64,000 bases of DNA from Thermodesulfovibrionia bacterium (GCA_947259735.1 CAMYNN010000006.1:4998-68997), one strand, 5' to 3'; shown: positions 8,089 through 18,836, numbered from the stretch's first letter. The notes: generated from the letters alone by a model not told the origin. Numbers and translations are program-made.

Positions 8089-9705
8089 CTAAGCGCCCAC
8101 TATGTTTGCTTTCTTTTTCAGCAGTGCCGCCCGTTCACGGCGGAGTTGTTTTTTATTGACAGACTTAGTCCGGGACCTGGGTTTATTTACACGCGGCGTG
8201 TCGGACTCATTTTCACTTCTCCAGCCAACACGGTCGAGGAAGTCCTGATAGGTTCCTTCAAATAAAGTTACTTTTCCGTCATCAAAGACTATCAGACGCG
8301 TGGCCAGCGCGTGAAGCATCATTTCACTGTGAGTTACGATAATTACTGAGCCGTTGAAAGCATCTATGGCCTCAACCAGGGAATCATTGGATTCCATGTC
8401 AAGATGGTTTGTCGGCTCATCGAGCATGAGCATGTTGGAGGGGCTGACAAGCAGCTTGCCGAGCAGCACACGGCTCTTTTCCCCTCCGGAAAGCACACTG
8501 ATTTTTTTTAATGCATTATCCCCGGGAAACATCATAGTTCCGCATATTTTGCGGGTCTCACCGCGGCTGCCTTCAGGATGCACATCCATAATCTCTTCCT
8601 CAATGGTCTTGTGCAGGCTGAGGCGGTTTATGTTTGTCTGGCCAAAATAGGCCATCCGGAGCTGATTGTGATGATTGACGGTGCCGGTATTCTTTTTCAG
8701 TTCGTGTGCAAGCAGATTCAGCAGTGTCGTCTTTCCCTTGCCGTTTTTTCCGATAATGGCTATACGGTCCTTCTTTCCGACTGAAAAGGTCAATCCATCA
8801 ATCAAGGGAGGACTATCATTATCAAAAGAAAAAGACAGGTCATGAACTTCCATGAGCTGCTTCCCTGTAAAAGGCGCTGATTTGAACGCGAAATCAAGGT
8901 TCCTTATCTCTGTTAATTTTTCAAGGCGATCTTTTTTCTGCAAAGCCTTTACCCTCGACTGGACGGCTTTTGCCTTGGTTGCCTTTGCCCTGAACCTGTT
9001 TATAAATTCCTCTGTCTCTTTACGCTTTTTATCGTCGTTAACCCTGGTTTTTTCATGTATTTCTTCCTCCAGCAGCAATTGTTGATATACCTTCTCCGTC
9101 GGGCCGGCTTCTTTCCGCATATTACACCGGTGTATGGCCATAGTATGTGTTGTCACACTGTCCATAAAATCACGGTCGTGGGTGATAATGATGAGTTCTT
9201 TCTTCCAGCTGCATAAAAACTGAGTAAGCCAGCGGAGAGAGAGAATATCAAGATAGTTGGTGGGCTCATCAAGCAGGAGAAGATTAGGGTCGGAAACAAG
9301 CACCTTTGCAAGATTTAACCGGACCTGATATCCTCCTGATAAATCCAATGGATCGAGACTGAATTCTTCCATGGCAAACCCGAGCCCCATAAGGATAATT
9401 TCCGCTTTATATGTCTCATCAATGCCGTCCTCTGCGTCCTGTAGACTCAGGCATGCCTCCTTCAACACAGTGTTCCGGGAAAAGCTGATATGCTGTGACA
9501 AATGACCTATCTTATAGCCCTTTGGAATGCTGATGGCTCCTGAATCAGGGTGGTCCTGCCCCAGTATCATTTTAAAGAGAGTTGTTTTGCCGTGCCCGTT
9601 TCTGCCCACAAGGCCGACACGTTCCCCCGGATTAAGGATAAATCCTGCCTTCTCAAAAATGACCTGCCGGCCATAACATTTATCTAGGTTGTTTCCCTGA
9701 ATCAT
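8089..9705 (-). CDS. ABC-F family ATPase (tandem ABC domains; EttA/Uup/YheS-type translation factor)
   Basis: Two Walker A motifs (GRNGHGKTT, GKNGKGKTT), two signature LSGG motifs and a charged linker. No transmembrane domain. Confidence 0.85.
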   Translation of the reverse strand: MIQGNNLDKCYGRQVIFEKAGFILNPGERVGLVGRNGHGKTTLFKMILGQDHPDSGAISIPKGYKIGHLSQHISFSRNTVLKEACLSLQDAEDGIDETYKAEIILMGLGFAMEEFSLDPLDLSGGYQVRLNLAKVLVSDPNLLLLDEPTNYLDILSLRWLTQFLCSWKKELIIITHDRDFMDSVTTHTMAIHRCNMRKEAGPTEKVYQQLLLEEEIHEKTRVNDDKKRKETEEFINRFRAKATKAKAVQSRVKALQKKDRLEKLTEIRNLDFAFKSAPFTGKQLMEVHDLSFSFDNDSPPLIDGLTFSVGKKDRIAIIGKNGKGKTTLLNLLAHELKKNTGTVNHHNQLRMAYFGQTNINRLSLHKTIEEEIMDVHPEGSRGETRKICGTMMFPGDNALKKISVLSGGEKSRVLLGKLLVSPSNMLMLDEPTNHLDMESNDSLVEAIDAFNGSVIIVTHSEMMLHALATRLIVFDDGKVTLFEGTYQDFLDRVGWRSENESDTPRVNKPRSRTKSVNKKQLRRERAALLKKKANIVGA

Positions 9706-9706
9706 A

Positions 9707-9922
9707 TTATGAACCGGAAGATTCCTTATCGGGCACGTCGATGTCCAGGTTTGGTTTGGAGGTGATTTTTTTCAATCTTCCTGCCTTTTTTGACGTACCC
9801 CTATTCCCACCTTTGTTTGACGCACTCTTATTCCTTGCATGGATATCTGTCAATAACTCTGTGGAGCTCTCAAAAAACTGCTCAATTTTTTTGTCCAGTA
9901 AATGCGATTTCTTCTCTGACAT
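9707..9922 (-). CDS. Small basic hypothetical protein, translationally coupled to the ABC-F gene
   Basis: 71-aa ORF whose stop abuts the ABC-F start. No recognisable domain. Confidence 0.3.
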   Translation of the reverse strand: MSEKKSHLLDKKIEQFFESSTELLTDIHARNKSASNKGGNRGTSKKAGRLKKITSKPNLDIDVPDKESSGS

Positions 9923-10092
9923 TCTACTCCCTCACCTCTTTCTTTCAGAAAAACCCGTTATCATGTTGCGCTTTAGTAAATTAATAATCCGGACATCTGC
10001 GGTTTATTTCAAGCAGGTGAATATAATACACGGATTTGATAAAAAAAGAAAATGCAGGGCTGAAATTCAGGAAAGAATCTTTCTATCTATCG

Positions 10093-10602
10093 TCATATGA
10101 AGGTACTCACTTTTAGCGACTCCCGCCCCTCATCTTTTCTCAACGCAGCCCTTGAAGCCCTATCCACAAGCGTAAAAAGCCTGTCCATATCATCTTTCTG
10201 ATTCAATCCCTGATGTCCACGTACTTTGATGAATTTACAATTCAACTGATCGGTCACTCTGTAAAATTCCTGATACAGCTTATAATTATTAATGCGCCTG
10301 TTTTTCTTTGAGCGATAATTATTTTGCTCGAGCTGCACGCGTCTTCCCTGTAACCCCATGATATTTTGAGAATCCGTATACAAAATCACTCTCCTCCCTA
10401 TTGCCTGTATATCCTGGAACGCCCATAATAAAGTCTGTAATTCCAGTTTCGTTGAAGACGTATGCTCAAATCGCTTCACTTTCACGCGGGCCCTTAACGA
10501 ATCCAGTGAAAGTTTACCTTCAGTCACTGCGAGGTAAGCCCCGTATCCGATATTAGAATGAGCATTTACACTTCCATCTGTGAGCAGCACTATTTCATTC
10601 AT
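10093..10602 (-). CDS. rnhA: Ribonuclease HI
   Basis: RNase H fold catalytic residues in order: TDGS, (S)TKLELQ, YTDSQ, GHQG…DD. Confidence 0.65.
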   Translation of the reverse strand: MNEIVLLTDGSVNAHSNIGYGAYLAVTEGKLSLDSLRARVKVKRFEHTSSTKLELQTLLWAFQDIQAIGRRVILYTDSQNIMGLQGRRVQLEQNNYRSKKNRRINNYKLYQEFYRVTDQLNCKFIKVRGHQGLNQKDDMDRLFTLVDRASRAALRKDEGRESLKVSTFI

Positions 10603-10814
10603 AAATAGATGCCTTTCTTTCTATGTAACGTCAAACTTAAATTGTGCCGTTTTAACAATTATGAAACCCTCAAGACTTTCGCCGGTATGTCGTTATTTTT
10701 CCAAAGGTGTGAAAAATCGTTACTTCTCATAATGCTGCGGTATTAAATCTTTTATCCTGAAAGACGTGCATCTGCACGGCCTAATAATCTTTGGGCCGAG
10801 TAAAGCATAGTTTG

Positions 10815-11795
10815 TCAATTGCAAAGATTTGACCCTACGGATTTATTCCTCTTCTTCCTCCATGCTGGAGTTTTGCTGATTTCCTCCATGATTTTCCTGT
10901 AAGAAAGAAGTCTGGATTCAATGATATCAGCTGTTTGAGGGTCAGTACCCCCGCCATAAAAGGCGCACCCTTTACTTGATGATTCATGGCGGCAATTGCT
11001 GAACTGGCAGGTAAGAGATATTGGGAGAAGGTCTGGAAAGAAATGAATGAGCTCTTCCGGAAAAATATCATCCAGAGAAAATGACCGGATGCCTGGAGAA
11101 TCTATAATCCTGAATGTTCCACAATCAATCATATCTGCCCAGGTCGTGGAGTGGGTTCCTTTGCCGCTTTTTCCGATCTCGCTGCTTCTTAATATTACCT
11201 CCCTGTTGCTGAGGGAGGTGATCAACGTGCTCTTTCCTATACCCGATTGGCCAAGAATTATTGCCTGAGTGTTAACAAGTTTATTCTGGAGGTCCTTAAA
11301 AGACCCTCTTCCAAATCTGGATGGATTTTCCGGATGTATTGCAGAAACTTCGAAACATTCGATTCCGAGATTTTCAAATCTTCGCATCTCAAAATCAATA
11401 TCAAATTCATTTTGAAATTCATCCATCTTGTTAAAAACAACTATCGCGGGCACATCCCACTGAAAAGTTCTCGTGGTGAATCTGTCAATAACACCCTGCT
11501 TGTAAAGTGGTTTTGAAACACTCGTGGTAATAATTACGAGGTCACAATTTGCAGCTGTTATTCTCTTTTTCCTCTCACGAATAATCATTCGGAATATTTC
11601 ATTCCTTCGGTCAATGAGGTCTACAATTTGATATTCGTCGCCGCTTTTTTCTAAGAGAACTTTGTCGCCCGGCACGAGCTGATTGCTTTTTAAAACAGTC
11701 CTTTTCGCACAAGCTGAAACAGTTTTATTTTCGCTGTCAATTTTGCAAAGAAATTCTTTTTTATGCGCTTCGTAAATACAGGCCGGGATTTTCAC
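10815..11795 (-). CDS. rsgA: Ribosome small-subunit-dependent GTPase A (circularly permuted GTPase)
   Basis: Permuted motif order (NKMD … GQSGIGKST … DSPG) with a C-terminal Zn-finger (C..C.H…C). Confidence 0.8.
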   Translation of the reverse strand: MKIPACIYEAHKKEFLCKIDSENKTVSACAKRTVLKSNQLVPGDKVLLEKSGDEYQIVDLIDRRNEIFRMIIRERKKRITAANCDLVIITTSVSKPLYKQGVIDRFTTRTFQWDVPAIVVFNKMDEFQNEFDIDFEMRRFENLGIECFEVSAIHPENPSRFGRGSFKDLQNKLVNTQAIILGQSGIGKSTLITSLSNREVILRSSEIGKSGKGTHSTTWADMIDCGTFRIIDSPGIRSFSLDDIFPEELIHFFPDLLPISLTCQFSNCRHESSSKGCAFYGGGTDPQTADIIESRLLSYRKIMEEISKTPAWRKKRNKSVGSNLCN

Positions 11796-11805
11796 TGATC
11801 GACAC

Positions 11806-12540
11806 TCACGTTTTCGTCTCTGAGGATTTCTGGACCCATTCGTAGAACTTTGTCTTCAGAAGCGGCTTGTCCATCCAGGACTGGTCAGGTTCCGGATCCT
11901 GGATGACTTCTTCGACGGATTTGAGTCGTGGCATAGGCTTTGAACTTATGTGTCCTTTGCCCGTCACCCATCGAACTTCCCGGGCCTCCTGTATGCCGCA
12001 GACGATGAGGTTGGTCATCTGACAATCACCGAGGCAGTAGTCCATTACCTCCTGATGATTTCCTGCATGCCATTGCTTTGGTGCATCGGCACCGTCCATG
12101 AGTTTCTCCTGCGGGATGCCCATTCCTTCTGCAACTTTTCCCAGACCGACGGGGAAACCGGCCTGGTTGAAGAACTGGAACATGGGGTCGTAGCTCTTCA
12201 GGGCGATACGTGCGGCGAGGGCCGCGTCGTCAGCTTGACGGCCGATCCATTTCAGGTCGAAGCCCAGGCCATTCCACGCGCACACCATGAATCCTTTTTG
12301 CTGCATATCATCAAGATACTCAAGTAATTCATGAGCACGTTCCTGCGTCAGATTCAACGCGGGACGACCCTCTTCATCGACGGAATACCACATCCGCTCC
12401 TCACCGTTATGTATTGCCGTCGCCCCCACCGAAATATGAAACGGCGCATACTTCTCTATGTCTTCGTGCTTCGCGAGCTCGAAGACATCCGAGATCTCTA
12501 TGTCAAAGCTCAGTAACCTCATGTCCTGTCCTGGTCTCAT
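11806..12540 (-). CDS. DEDDh-type 3'-5' exonuclease-like protein
   Basis: Exo I motif LSFDIE, Exo II WNGLGFD and Exo III H-x4-D (HQEVMD). Family assignment is tentative. Confidence 0.4.
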   Translation of the reverse strand: MRPGQDMRLLSFDIEISDVFELAKHEDIEKYAPFHISVGATAIHNGEERMWYSVDEEGRPALNLTQERAHELLEYLDDMQQKGFMVCAWNGLGFDLKWIGRQADDAALAARIALKSYDPMFQFFNQAGFPVGLGKVAEGMGIPQEKLMDGADAPKQWHAGNHQEVMDYCLGDCQMTNLIVCGIQEAREVRWVTGKGHISSKPMPRLKSVEEVIQDPEPDQSWMDKPLLKTKFYEWVQKSSETKT

Positions 12541-12692
12541 AACTTATAGCAAGTTAAACTATAGTGTCTCTCTCTATCTCACGAAATATACATTATATAT
12601 AAAATATTTTACAAGATGAGTGGTCTCAGGTCTACATTCTTCAGAAATTACTGTAAAATGTAGATCTGACGCTGCCGATAGGCCTGAAATAG

Positions 12693-13349
12693 ATGAAAAC
12701 CAAATGCGATGAGTCCCATTGTCCCTTGTGCGGGAGTGAAGATTCAGATTTGTTCTTCAAGGATAAAAAAAGAATCTACGTGCGCTGTTTTAAATGTAAA
12801 CTGGTCTTTGTCCCCAGGCGCTACTGGCTGAACGCCGAAGATGAAAGGGCAACCTATGATTTACATGAAAACGATGCACAGGATCAGGGCTATTGCCAAT
12901 TTCTGTCTCGATTAACTACGCCGTTATTGGAAAAAATGGATTCAAAACAAAAGGGATTGGATTTTGGCTGCGGCCCGGGGCCGGCCCTGTCGGTCCTCTT
13001 AGAAGAACGGTGTCATCAGGTTGATCTCTATGACCCATTCTATTACAATGATCCTTTGGTGTTTAATAAAAATTATGATTTCATATGTGCCACTGAAGTA
13101 GTGGAACATCTGCACAATCCAAACAAGGAATTTGCAGCATTGTTCAAGATGTTAAAACGAGGCGGTTGGCTGGGTATTATGACGAAGATGGTGATTGATA
13201 AGCCCGCTTTCAGCCGATGGCGCTATATTCGTGATATGACGCATATTTGTTTTTATAGCAGGAGTACCTTTGAGTACCTCGCACAGCGCTTCAATGCCGA
13301 ACTCGACTTCGTTGCAAATGATGTGATATTGCTGAATAAGAAATACTAA
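12693..13349 (+). CDS. Class I SAM-dependent methyltransferase with an N-terminal Zn-ribbon
   Basis: CPLCGS…CFKC ribbon, then motif I LDFGCGPG and a type-11/12 MTase core. Confidence 0.7.
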   Translation: MKTKCDESHCPLCGSEDSDLFFKDKKRIYVRCFKCKLVFVPRRYWLNAEDERATYDLHENDAQDQGYCQFLSRLTTPLLEKMDSKQKGLDFGCGPGPALSVLLEERCHQVDLYDPFYYNDPLVFNKNYDFICATEVVEHLHNPNKEFAALFKMLKRGGWLGIMTKMVIDKPAFSRWRYIRDMTHICFYSRSTFEYLAQRFNAELDFVANDVILLNKKY

Positions 13350-13365
13350 GGACCAGGCAGAACTC

Positions 13366-13614
13366 ATGAGCGAACAACAACCCAATAACCCTCTGCACGG
13401 TGTGACCCTGGCGCAGATCATGAACAGCATGGTTGAGCACTATGGCTGGGACGAGTTGGGCAGGCGCATCAATATCCGGTGCTTCAACAGTGACCCCTCG
13501 GTGAAGTCCAGCCTCAAGTTCCTGCGAAAGACTCCCTGGGCAAGGAAGAAAGTCGAGGACTTGTACATCGCCACCCAAAGGGTCAGGCACCGACAAATGA
13601 CAAATGAAAAATAA
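13366..13614 (+). CDS. VF530/DUF2132-family small DNA-binding-like protein
   Basis: PLHGVTL…YGW…[12 protein letters not shown] signature recalled from the VF530 family. Confidence 0.45.
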   Translation: MSEQQPNNPLHGVTLAQIMNSMVEHYGWDELGRRINIRCFNSDPSVKSSLKFLRKTPWARKKVEDLYIATQRVRHRQMTNEK

Positions 13615-13825
13615 ACATAACAAATGGGCGGTATCAGATCTACATTCTTCTGAAAGTATGTTCTGCGGGATTTCTGAGTAAAAAATGGACCGGGTTTTGG
13701 AGCAGGGCCCCATTTCCAATTCTATATCGTGTAAACATGTTACACTATTTGTCAATGCCCGTTCTTTTACACAGGACGGCTGAGAAGGAGACCGGCGAAG
13801 ACTGCCAGAAAAAAGGAGGACACAC

Positions 13826-14372
13826 CATAGCTAATAAAAGACGAGTATCACCCAGGAGGGTCATCGACAGGACCCGCATCAACAACGCAATCCGGCTGAT
13901 CAAAGCAAAAGAGATCCGCGTTGTTGACGAGGAAGGACAGATCGGCGTAATAGATATTGAATCGGCATTGAAGATCGCCAGAGAAAGGGAGCTGGATCTC
14001 GTGGAAATCAGCCCCCAGGCTGATCCGCCGGTATGTAAGATCATGGACTACCGGAAGTTCAAGTTCGAGCAGGCCAAGAAAGCGCGGAAGGCCAAGAAAC
14101 AACAGGCGACGGTCACACTAAAGGAAATCAGGATGCGACCTTCAATAGATACCCATGATTACGAGTTCAAGAAGCTTAATGCGAGGAAGTTCCTCGGTCA
14201 TGGCGATAAGGTGAAAGTGACCATGCGCTTTAGAGGTCGGGAATTCAGCCATAAGGAACTGGGGGCAGATGTTCTGAACAAGATGGCCTTAGAACTGGCA
14301 GATATCTCAAAAATAGAAACAAGGCCAAAAATGGACGGCCGGCAGATGATAATGATTCTCATCGCGTTATAA
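13826..14372 (+). CDS. infC: Translation initiation factor IF-3, with a non-canonical ATA start
   Basis: IF-3 N- and C-domain homology (…VRVVDEEGQ…DLVEISPQADPPVCKIMDY…FRGRE…). AGGAGG lies 7 nt upstream of ATA 13826. The ORF-track ATG at 13737 would add an atypical 30-aa extension. Confidence 0.8.
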
Positions 14373-14496
14373 CGTTCCGTCGCGGAATTCATATATAACT
14401 GCTGATTATGAATTACGAGAACGGATTGTTCTCTTTGAAGTCCCGGATCTCAAAAGCTGTTTTGACAATACAACACTCTTTTATCGTCCAAAGGGA

Positions 14497-14981
14497 TTGA
14501 TCTGTTGTAATGCCCCTCGAAGCAAGCGCAAAACTTCTCCCCTTCTCTCATTGTCTATTATTCGCGGAGTGCATACAATACTGGAGGGCGAGAATTTTAA
14601 ATTTGATGGTAAAACTGTTGAAGTCATAGAAGTTATGAGCTTCTACTGCCACACCTGCTACGACTTTGAGAAAGCCATTCCTGTAATTAAAGGGAATTTC
14701 CCCAAGAAGATCAAGTGGAAGACACTTCCTGTTTCTGGAGTGACCACGGCTCATCGAAACCCGGAGAAGAGTACTTTCCCGGGGAGGAAGGAGGAAAAGG
14801 CGAAGCAATGAAGAAGGGACTCTTCAGGGCACAAATGGTAGAGAAGAGAGACATTGGTGATGCAAATGTACTTGATGAGATAGCAGACAAGATAGGGCAT
14901 GGCGGTGATTTCAGTAAAAAACTCAGGGGGAGAGCGAAAGCTGAAGAGGCACAGATTATTCAACCGAAGGCGTATCAGTGA
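14497..14981 (+). pseudogene. Disrupted DsbA-like thiol:disulfide oxidoreductase (frameshifted and truncated)
   Basis: Frame A contains FYCHTCYDFEKAIP (the CxxC thioredoxin motif). Frame B (14715-14981) carries DsbA C-terminal-like …ALF…DIGD..VLDEIADKIG…AKAEEAQ. The two frames overlap and the end lacks the final beta-strands. Confidence 0.4.
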
Positions 14982-15069
14982 TGCTGAGATCGCCTTCGGT
15001 TTTTTTGTCAAACAATTAGATCAGAATCTTACATCATTTGACCGTTTCATAGAGTGGTATAATAGATAC

Positions 15070-15603
15070 ATGAAGAGAAATAAACTTTACATTCTATTCG
15101 TGTTTCTGATTATCAACGTGAGTGCCTGCTCCATGTTCAGTCCGAATCTGAAAAGAGAAGTTCTGAAAGATGACATGATACGTCCGGGCAACTACACGCT
15201 TATCCTCTACGGCGCCAGGTATGGTGAAGATCTGGAGACTATTGCCTTCCTTGATTATGAAGGGGATGATGTTGTGTTTGAGCCTTTTGCCCGTGCCGAT
15301 GATTACGAGATTAAATATCATGTAGGAGATGGGGAAGCATTAACGGAAGCCACGAAATTTATTAGCTGGTACCCCTCGTTTGTGAGTTCTCAGCTGAGCA
15401 GGATCACTGATCCTCAGGGCAGGGTGCTCGGTTATGAATTAAGGCCCCGTTATCTGCGCATTTTAACCTACGGGCATTCTGATGTGCTTCGTGTCCGCTA
15501 CTCATTGAAGGATAAAAAGGTGATCATTTATGTCAGCTTGAAGGAAGAAGTGGAAAGGGCGATCGATGGGAACGGGGCAGATGAGAGTGAATTCGAAAAA
15601 TAA
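15070..15603 (+). CDS. Hypothetical lipoprotein
   Basis: Internal ATG gives MKRNKLYILFVFLIINVSAC, i.e. a signal peptide plus lipobox Cys. No known domain. Confidence 0.45.
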   Translation: MKRNKLYILFVFLIINVSACSMFSPNLKREVLKDDMIRPGNYTLILYGARYGEDLETIAFLDYEGDDVVFEPFARADDYEIKYHVGDGEALTEATKFISWYPSFVSSQLSRITDPQGRVLGYELRPRYLRILTYGHSDVLRVRYSLKDKKVIIYVSLKEEVERAIDGNGADESEFEK

Positions 15604-15675
15604 CCAATGATTGATTGGATATTTTCTGATTTATGAATGGGGCAGGTAAAAAAGAGATATATGCTGCTCGCAGAC

Positions 15676-17088
15676 TCAGGTTCTGGGAAGAGGTCCTGAG
15701 GGATGCTTTTGTTGTGAATCCTTCCTGCTTGAAAGGTCTGTGATATGTTCGTGGATAGACCGTGCAGCGCGCTTGCCGGCGCCCATTGCACTGATTACCG
15801 TTGCAGCCCCTGTTGATATGTCTCCCCCTGCAAATATCCCCGGTATGTTCGTCCGGCCGCAGTCATCTGTGACTATATATCCGGCGCCCCATAATTTCAG
15901 CCCTTTTACGGAATTTACGAGTATCGGGTTCGACGCCTGCCCGATTGCCATTATTACCTGATCTACATCAAGGATGAATTCTTCTCCTGTACATTCAGGC
16001 TTTCTTCTGCCCGATGTGTCCGGTGCGCACAGCACCATCCTGTCGCACTTCATCCCCCTGACATGCCCTTTCTCGTCGCCGATTATTTCTTTTGGGTTTG
16101 TCAGGAACTTAAACTTAATCCCCTCCTCCCGGGCATGTTCTATTTCTTCAAGTCGTGCGGGCATTTCCGCCTCAGTTCTTCTGTACACGATATATACTTT
16201 TTTTGCGCCAAGCCTCTGGGCTGTCCTTGCCGCATCCATAGCTACATTTCCGCCTCCGATAACAGCTACTTTTTTTGCTTTTTTGACAGGAGTATCATAT
16301 TTAGGGAACTGGTCCGCCTTCATGAGGTTTACCCTGGTGAGAAACTCGGATGCGAAATACACATTGTTAAGGTTTTCTCCCGGTATACTCATGAATTTAG
16401 GGGTGCCGGCCCCGACTCCGACGAACACAGCTCTGAATCCCTCATGAAAGAGTTCATCAACTGTCTGGGTTCTTCCAATTACCCAGTTGAGTCTTATCTC
16501 TACTCCAAGGCTTTTTACAAACTCTATCTCTCTCTGGATTATTTTCTTGGGAAGCCGGAATTCGGGGATGCCGTACACGAGGACCCCTCCCGGCTCGTGA
16601 AGGGCTTCGAATATGGTTGCGACATATCCGAGCCTCGCCAGGTCCGCTGCCGCGGTCAGTCCAGCAGGGCCTGAACCTATTACGGCCACTTTGTGGCCAT
16701 TGGATTTTTCTACTTCGGCCGTTTCGGCAGTGCCTGTTTTGATTTCATAATCTGCCGCGAATCGTTCAAGAGCGCCGATAGCAATCGGCGATCCCTTTCT
16801 GAGAAGAACACAGCTGCCCTGACACTGGTTCTCCTGCGGACACACCCTGCCGCAGATGGCGGGAAGCATGTTGTATTTCCTCAATACTTTCAGCGCTCCC
16901 GGAAAGTCGGAATCTCGCAGGTAGGAGATAAATGCGGGAATATCAATTTCTACGGGACAGCCATGAATACACTTTGGTTTCTTGCATTGCAGACACCGTG
17001 ACGCTTCCTTTAAAGCCTGTTTTTCAGTCAGCCCGAGGGCCACTTCCTTGAAGTCTGCACTTCTTTTTTTCGGATCTCGTGTTCGCAT
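15676..17088 (-). CDS. nfnB: NADPH-dependent glutamate-synthase-beta-like FAD/NAD(P) oxidoreductase (NfnB/SudA/GltD family)
   Basis: N-terminal 2x[4Fe-4S] Cys cluster region, then two Rossmann GxGxxG motifs (VIGSGPAG, VIGGGNVAMD). It is paired with an NfnA-like gene. Confidence 0.8.
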   Translation of the reverse strand: MRTRDPKKRSADFKEVALGLTEKQALKEASRCLQCKKPKCIHGCPVEIDIPAFISYLRDSDFPGALKVLRKYNMLPAICGRVCPQENQCQGSCVLLRKGSPIAIGALERFAADYEIKTGTAETAEVEKSNGHKVAVIGSGPAGLTAAADLARLGYVATIFEALHEPGGVLVYGIPEFRLPKKIIQREIEFVKSLGVEIRLNWVIGRTQTVDELFHEGFRAVFVGVGAGTPKFMSIPGENLNNVYFASEFLTRVNLMKADQFPKYDTPVKKAKKVAVIGGGNVAMDAARTAQRLGAKKVYIVYRRTEAEMPARLEEIEHAREEGIKFKFLTNPKEIIGDEKGHVRGMKCDRMVLCAPDTSGRRKPECTGEEFILDVDQVIMAIGQASNPILVNSVKGLKLWGAGYIVTDDCGRTNIPGIFAGGDISTGAATVISAMGAGKRAARSIHEHITDLSSRKDSQQKHPSGPLPRT

Positions 17089-17132
17089 TAATTTTATCTG
17101 TAAGGGCAGGCTTAAAGTCTTCCCTTATCGGG

Positions 17133-17996
17133 CTACTTCCTGCAATTTCCTTTACATTCTTTCTTTTTATATGCCTTCATTGCTGCTGCTTCTTCTTCCC
17201 TGTAAAATCCCTGCCTGTTGGCAAGCTCATGAAAGTCCACTTCGTGGCCGTCGAACTCCGGACCTTCTATGCAGGCGAACTTTGTCCTGCCTCCCACGTG
17301 TACCCTGCAGGCCCCGCACATACCCGTACCCTCGACCATTACAGGGTTCAGGCTGACAAGAGTCCTGACCCCGAAGGGTTTAGTAAGATCCGAGACGGCC
17401 TGCATCATTCTGACCGGACCAACGGCTATTACAATTTTAACTTTTGCTGTTTCGAGAACCTCTTTCAGAGGTATGGTTACGATGCCTTTTCTCCCGGAGC
17501 TTCCATCATCGGTGACAAGCAATAGATCATTCGCGTGTTCTCTGAAATTTTTTTCCCAGACGATAAGCTCTTTTGATCTTGCACCCAGGACAACTGTTAC
17601 CCTGTTCCTCTTTCGTTTTAATGCTTTCAGTATGGGGAAAAGCGTTGCTGAGCCTATGCCTCCCCCGACGAGCACGCAGTGCCCGTATCGCTTTATTGGA
17701 GTGGCATGTCCCAGCGGTCCTGCAATATCCCTTATTGCATCACCCTTTTTGAGGGTGCCCATCTGTTCTGTAGTTTTCCCGATCTTCTGGAAGAGGAGTG
17801 TGATCGTTCCCTTTTCACCGTCGGACTCTGCAATGGTCAGAGGTATTCTTTCCCCTCTTTCATTTAAACGGAGGACAACGAAATTTCCCGCTTCAGCATG
17901 CCGGGCGATATAAGGCGCATCAACTATAATTGAGTCTACCTGGGGTGTTACGGTTTCCTTTTGTAATACTTTAAACATAGCGTTATTGAACTGCAT
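17133..17996 (-). CDS. nfnA: NfnA/SudB-like ferredoxin-NADP reductase-type subunit (FAD + [2Fe-2S])
   Basis: FNR-like fold with C-terminal CGACRVHVGGRTKFAC Cys cluster. Sits directly upstream of nfnB. Confidence 0.75.
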   Translation of the reverse strand: MQFNNAMFKVLQKETVTPQVDSIIVDAPYIARHAEAGNFVVLRLNERGERIPLTIAESDGEKGTITLLFQKIGKTTEQMGTLKKGDAIRDIAGPLGHATPIKRYGHCVLVGGGIGSATLFPILKALKRKRNRVTVVLGARSKELIVWEKNFREHANDLLLVTDDGSSGRKGIVTIPLKEVLETAKVKIVIAVGPVRMMQAVSDLTKPFGVRTLVSLNPVMVEGTGMCGACRVHVGGRTKFACIEGPEFDGHEVDFHELANRQGFYREEEAAAMKAYKKKECKGNCRK

Positions 17997-18356
17997 CGGG
18001 CAGGGACCTTATCGAAGAGAGGTGCCTGTCAGGAAAACTGGATGTCTGTCGAGGGCCCTCCGGGCTCAGCTTATTTAAATTCGAACAGTGTACACTTTTG
18101 ATTATCTTACTATAAAATACATTCGTAGTAAAATGGGGAAACTATAATTATAATTTTTTCTTGCTTTTTGATTGAATATGACGGAAAATAGTAGCACGTT
18201 AACGTAATTTTTTCTTGTAACCATTAAGCTGCAATCTGTGCTGAAGGCTTTAACATCATCATAGCTACGAGTTATGAACGAAAAAATATGTATATTCCTG
18301 CCTCGCACGATACCCCATCAATACAGTAACCTCAATGTATATTTATTCTATAGAAG

Positions 18357-18836
18357 GTGGATATAGGAATGGAGAAAAAATGCCGGAAAATTCTTGAGAA
18401 ATATTATAAAGAAGAAGGAAACGTCATCTCCATTCTGCAGGATATGCAGGAAGAATTTGGCTATATTCCTGATGATGCGGTGTACTGGTGTGCGAATGAA
18501 CTGAATATTCCTGCCAGTAATTTTTTTGGGGTTGCTACTTTTTATTCCCAGTTTCATCTGAAACCGAGAGGGAGGTATATCATAACGGCCTGTTGCGGGA
18601 CGGCATGCCACGTCAAGGGGGCTGATCCTATTATTCATCGCATGAGGGCCGATCTTGCCCTGGCAGAAGGTGAGACGACCACGTCGGATACCAATTTTAC
18701 ACTGGAAAGCGTAGCCTGTATCGGTGCATGCAGTATGGCCCCTGTTGTTAAAGTAAACAAGAGGATTTATGGAAATGTGACACCCGACAGAGCAACTGAA
18801 CTTATCGATGAATTCAACAACGAGAAGGGGAAGTAA
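18357..18836 (+). CDS. NuoE-like [2Fe-2S] thioredoxin-fold subunit of an NAD(P)-linked formate dehydrogenase/hydrogenase
   Basis: CCGTAC…CIGACSMAP motif typical of the NuoE/HoxE family. Confidence 0.85.
   Translation: MDIGMEKKCRKILEKYYKEEGNVISILQDMQEEFGYIPDDAVYWCANELNIPASNFFGVATFYSQFHLKPRGRYIITACCGTACHVKGADPIIHRMRADLALAEGETTTSDTNFTLESVACIGACSMAPVVKVNKRIYGNVTPDRATELIDEFNNEKGK

Noticed and set aside
18000-18356. Sigma-54 promoter or FhlA-type upstream activator sites ahead of the fdh operon
   Set aside because: There is no TGGCAC-N5-TTGCA match. 'tagcacgttaacg' is only a partial match. The region is simply AT-rich.
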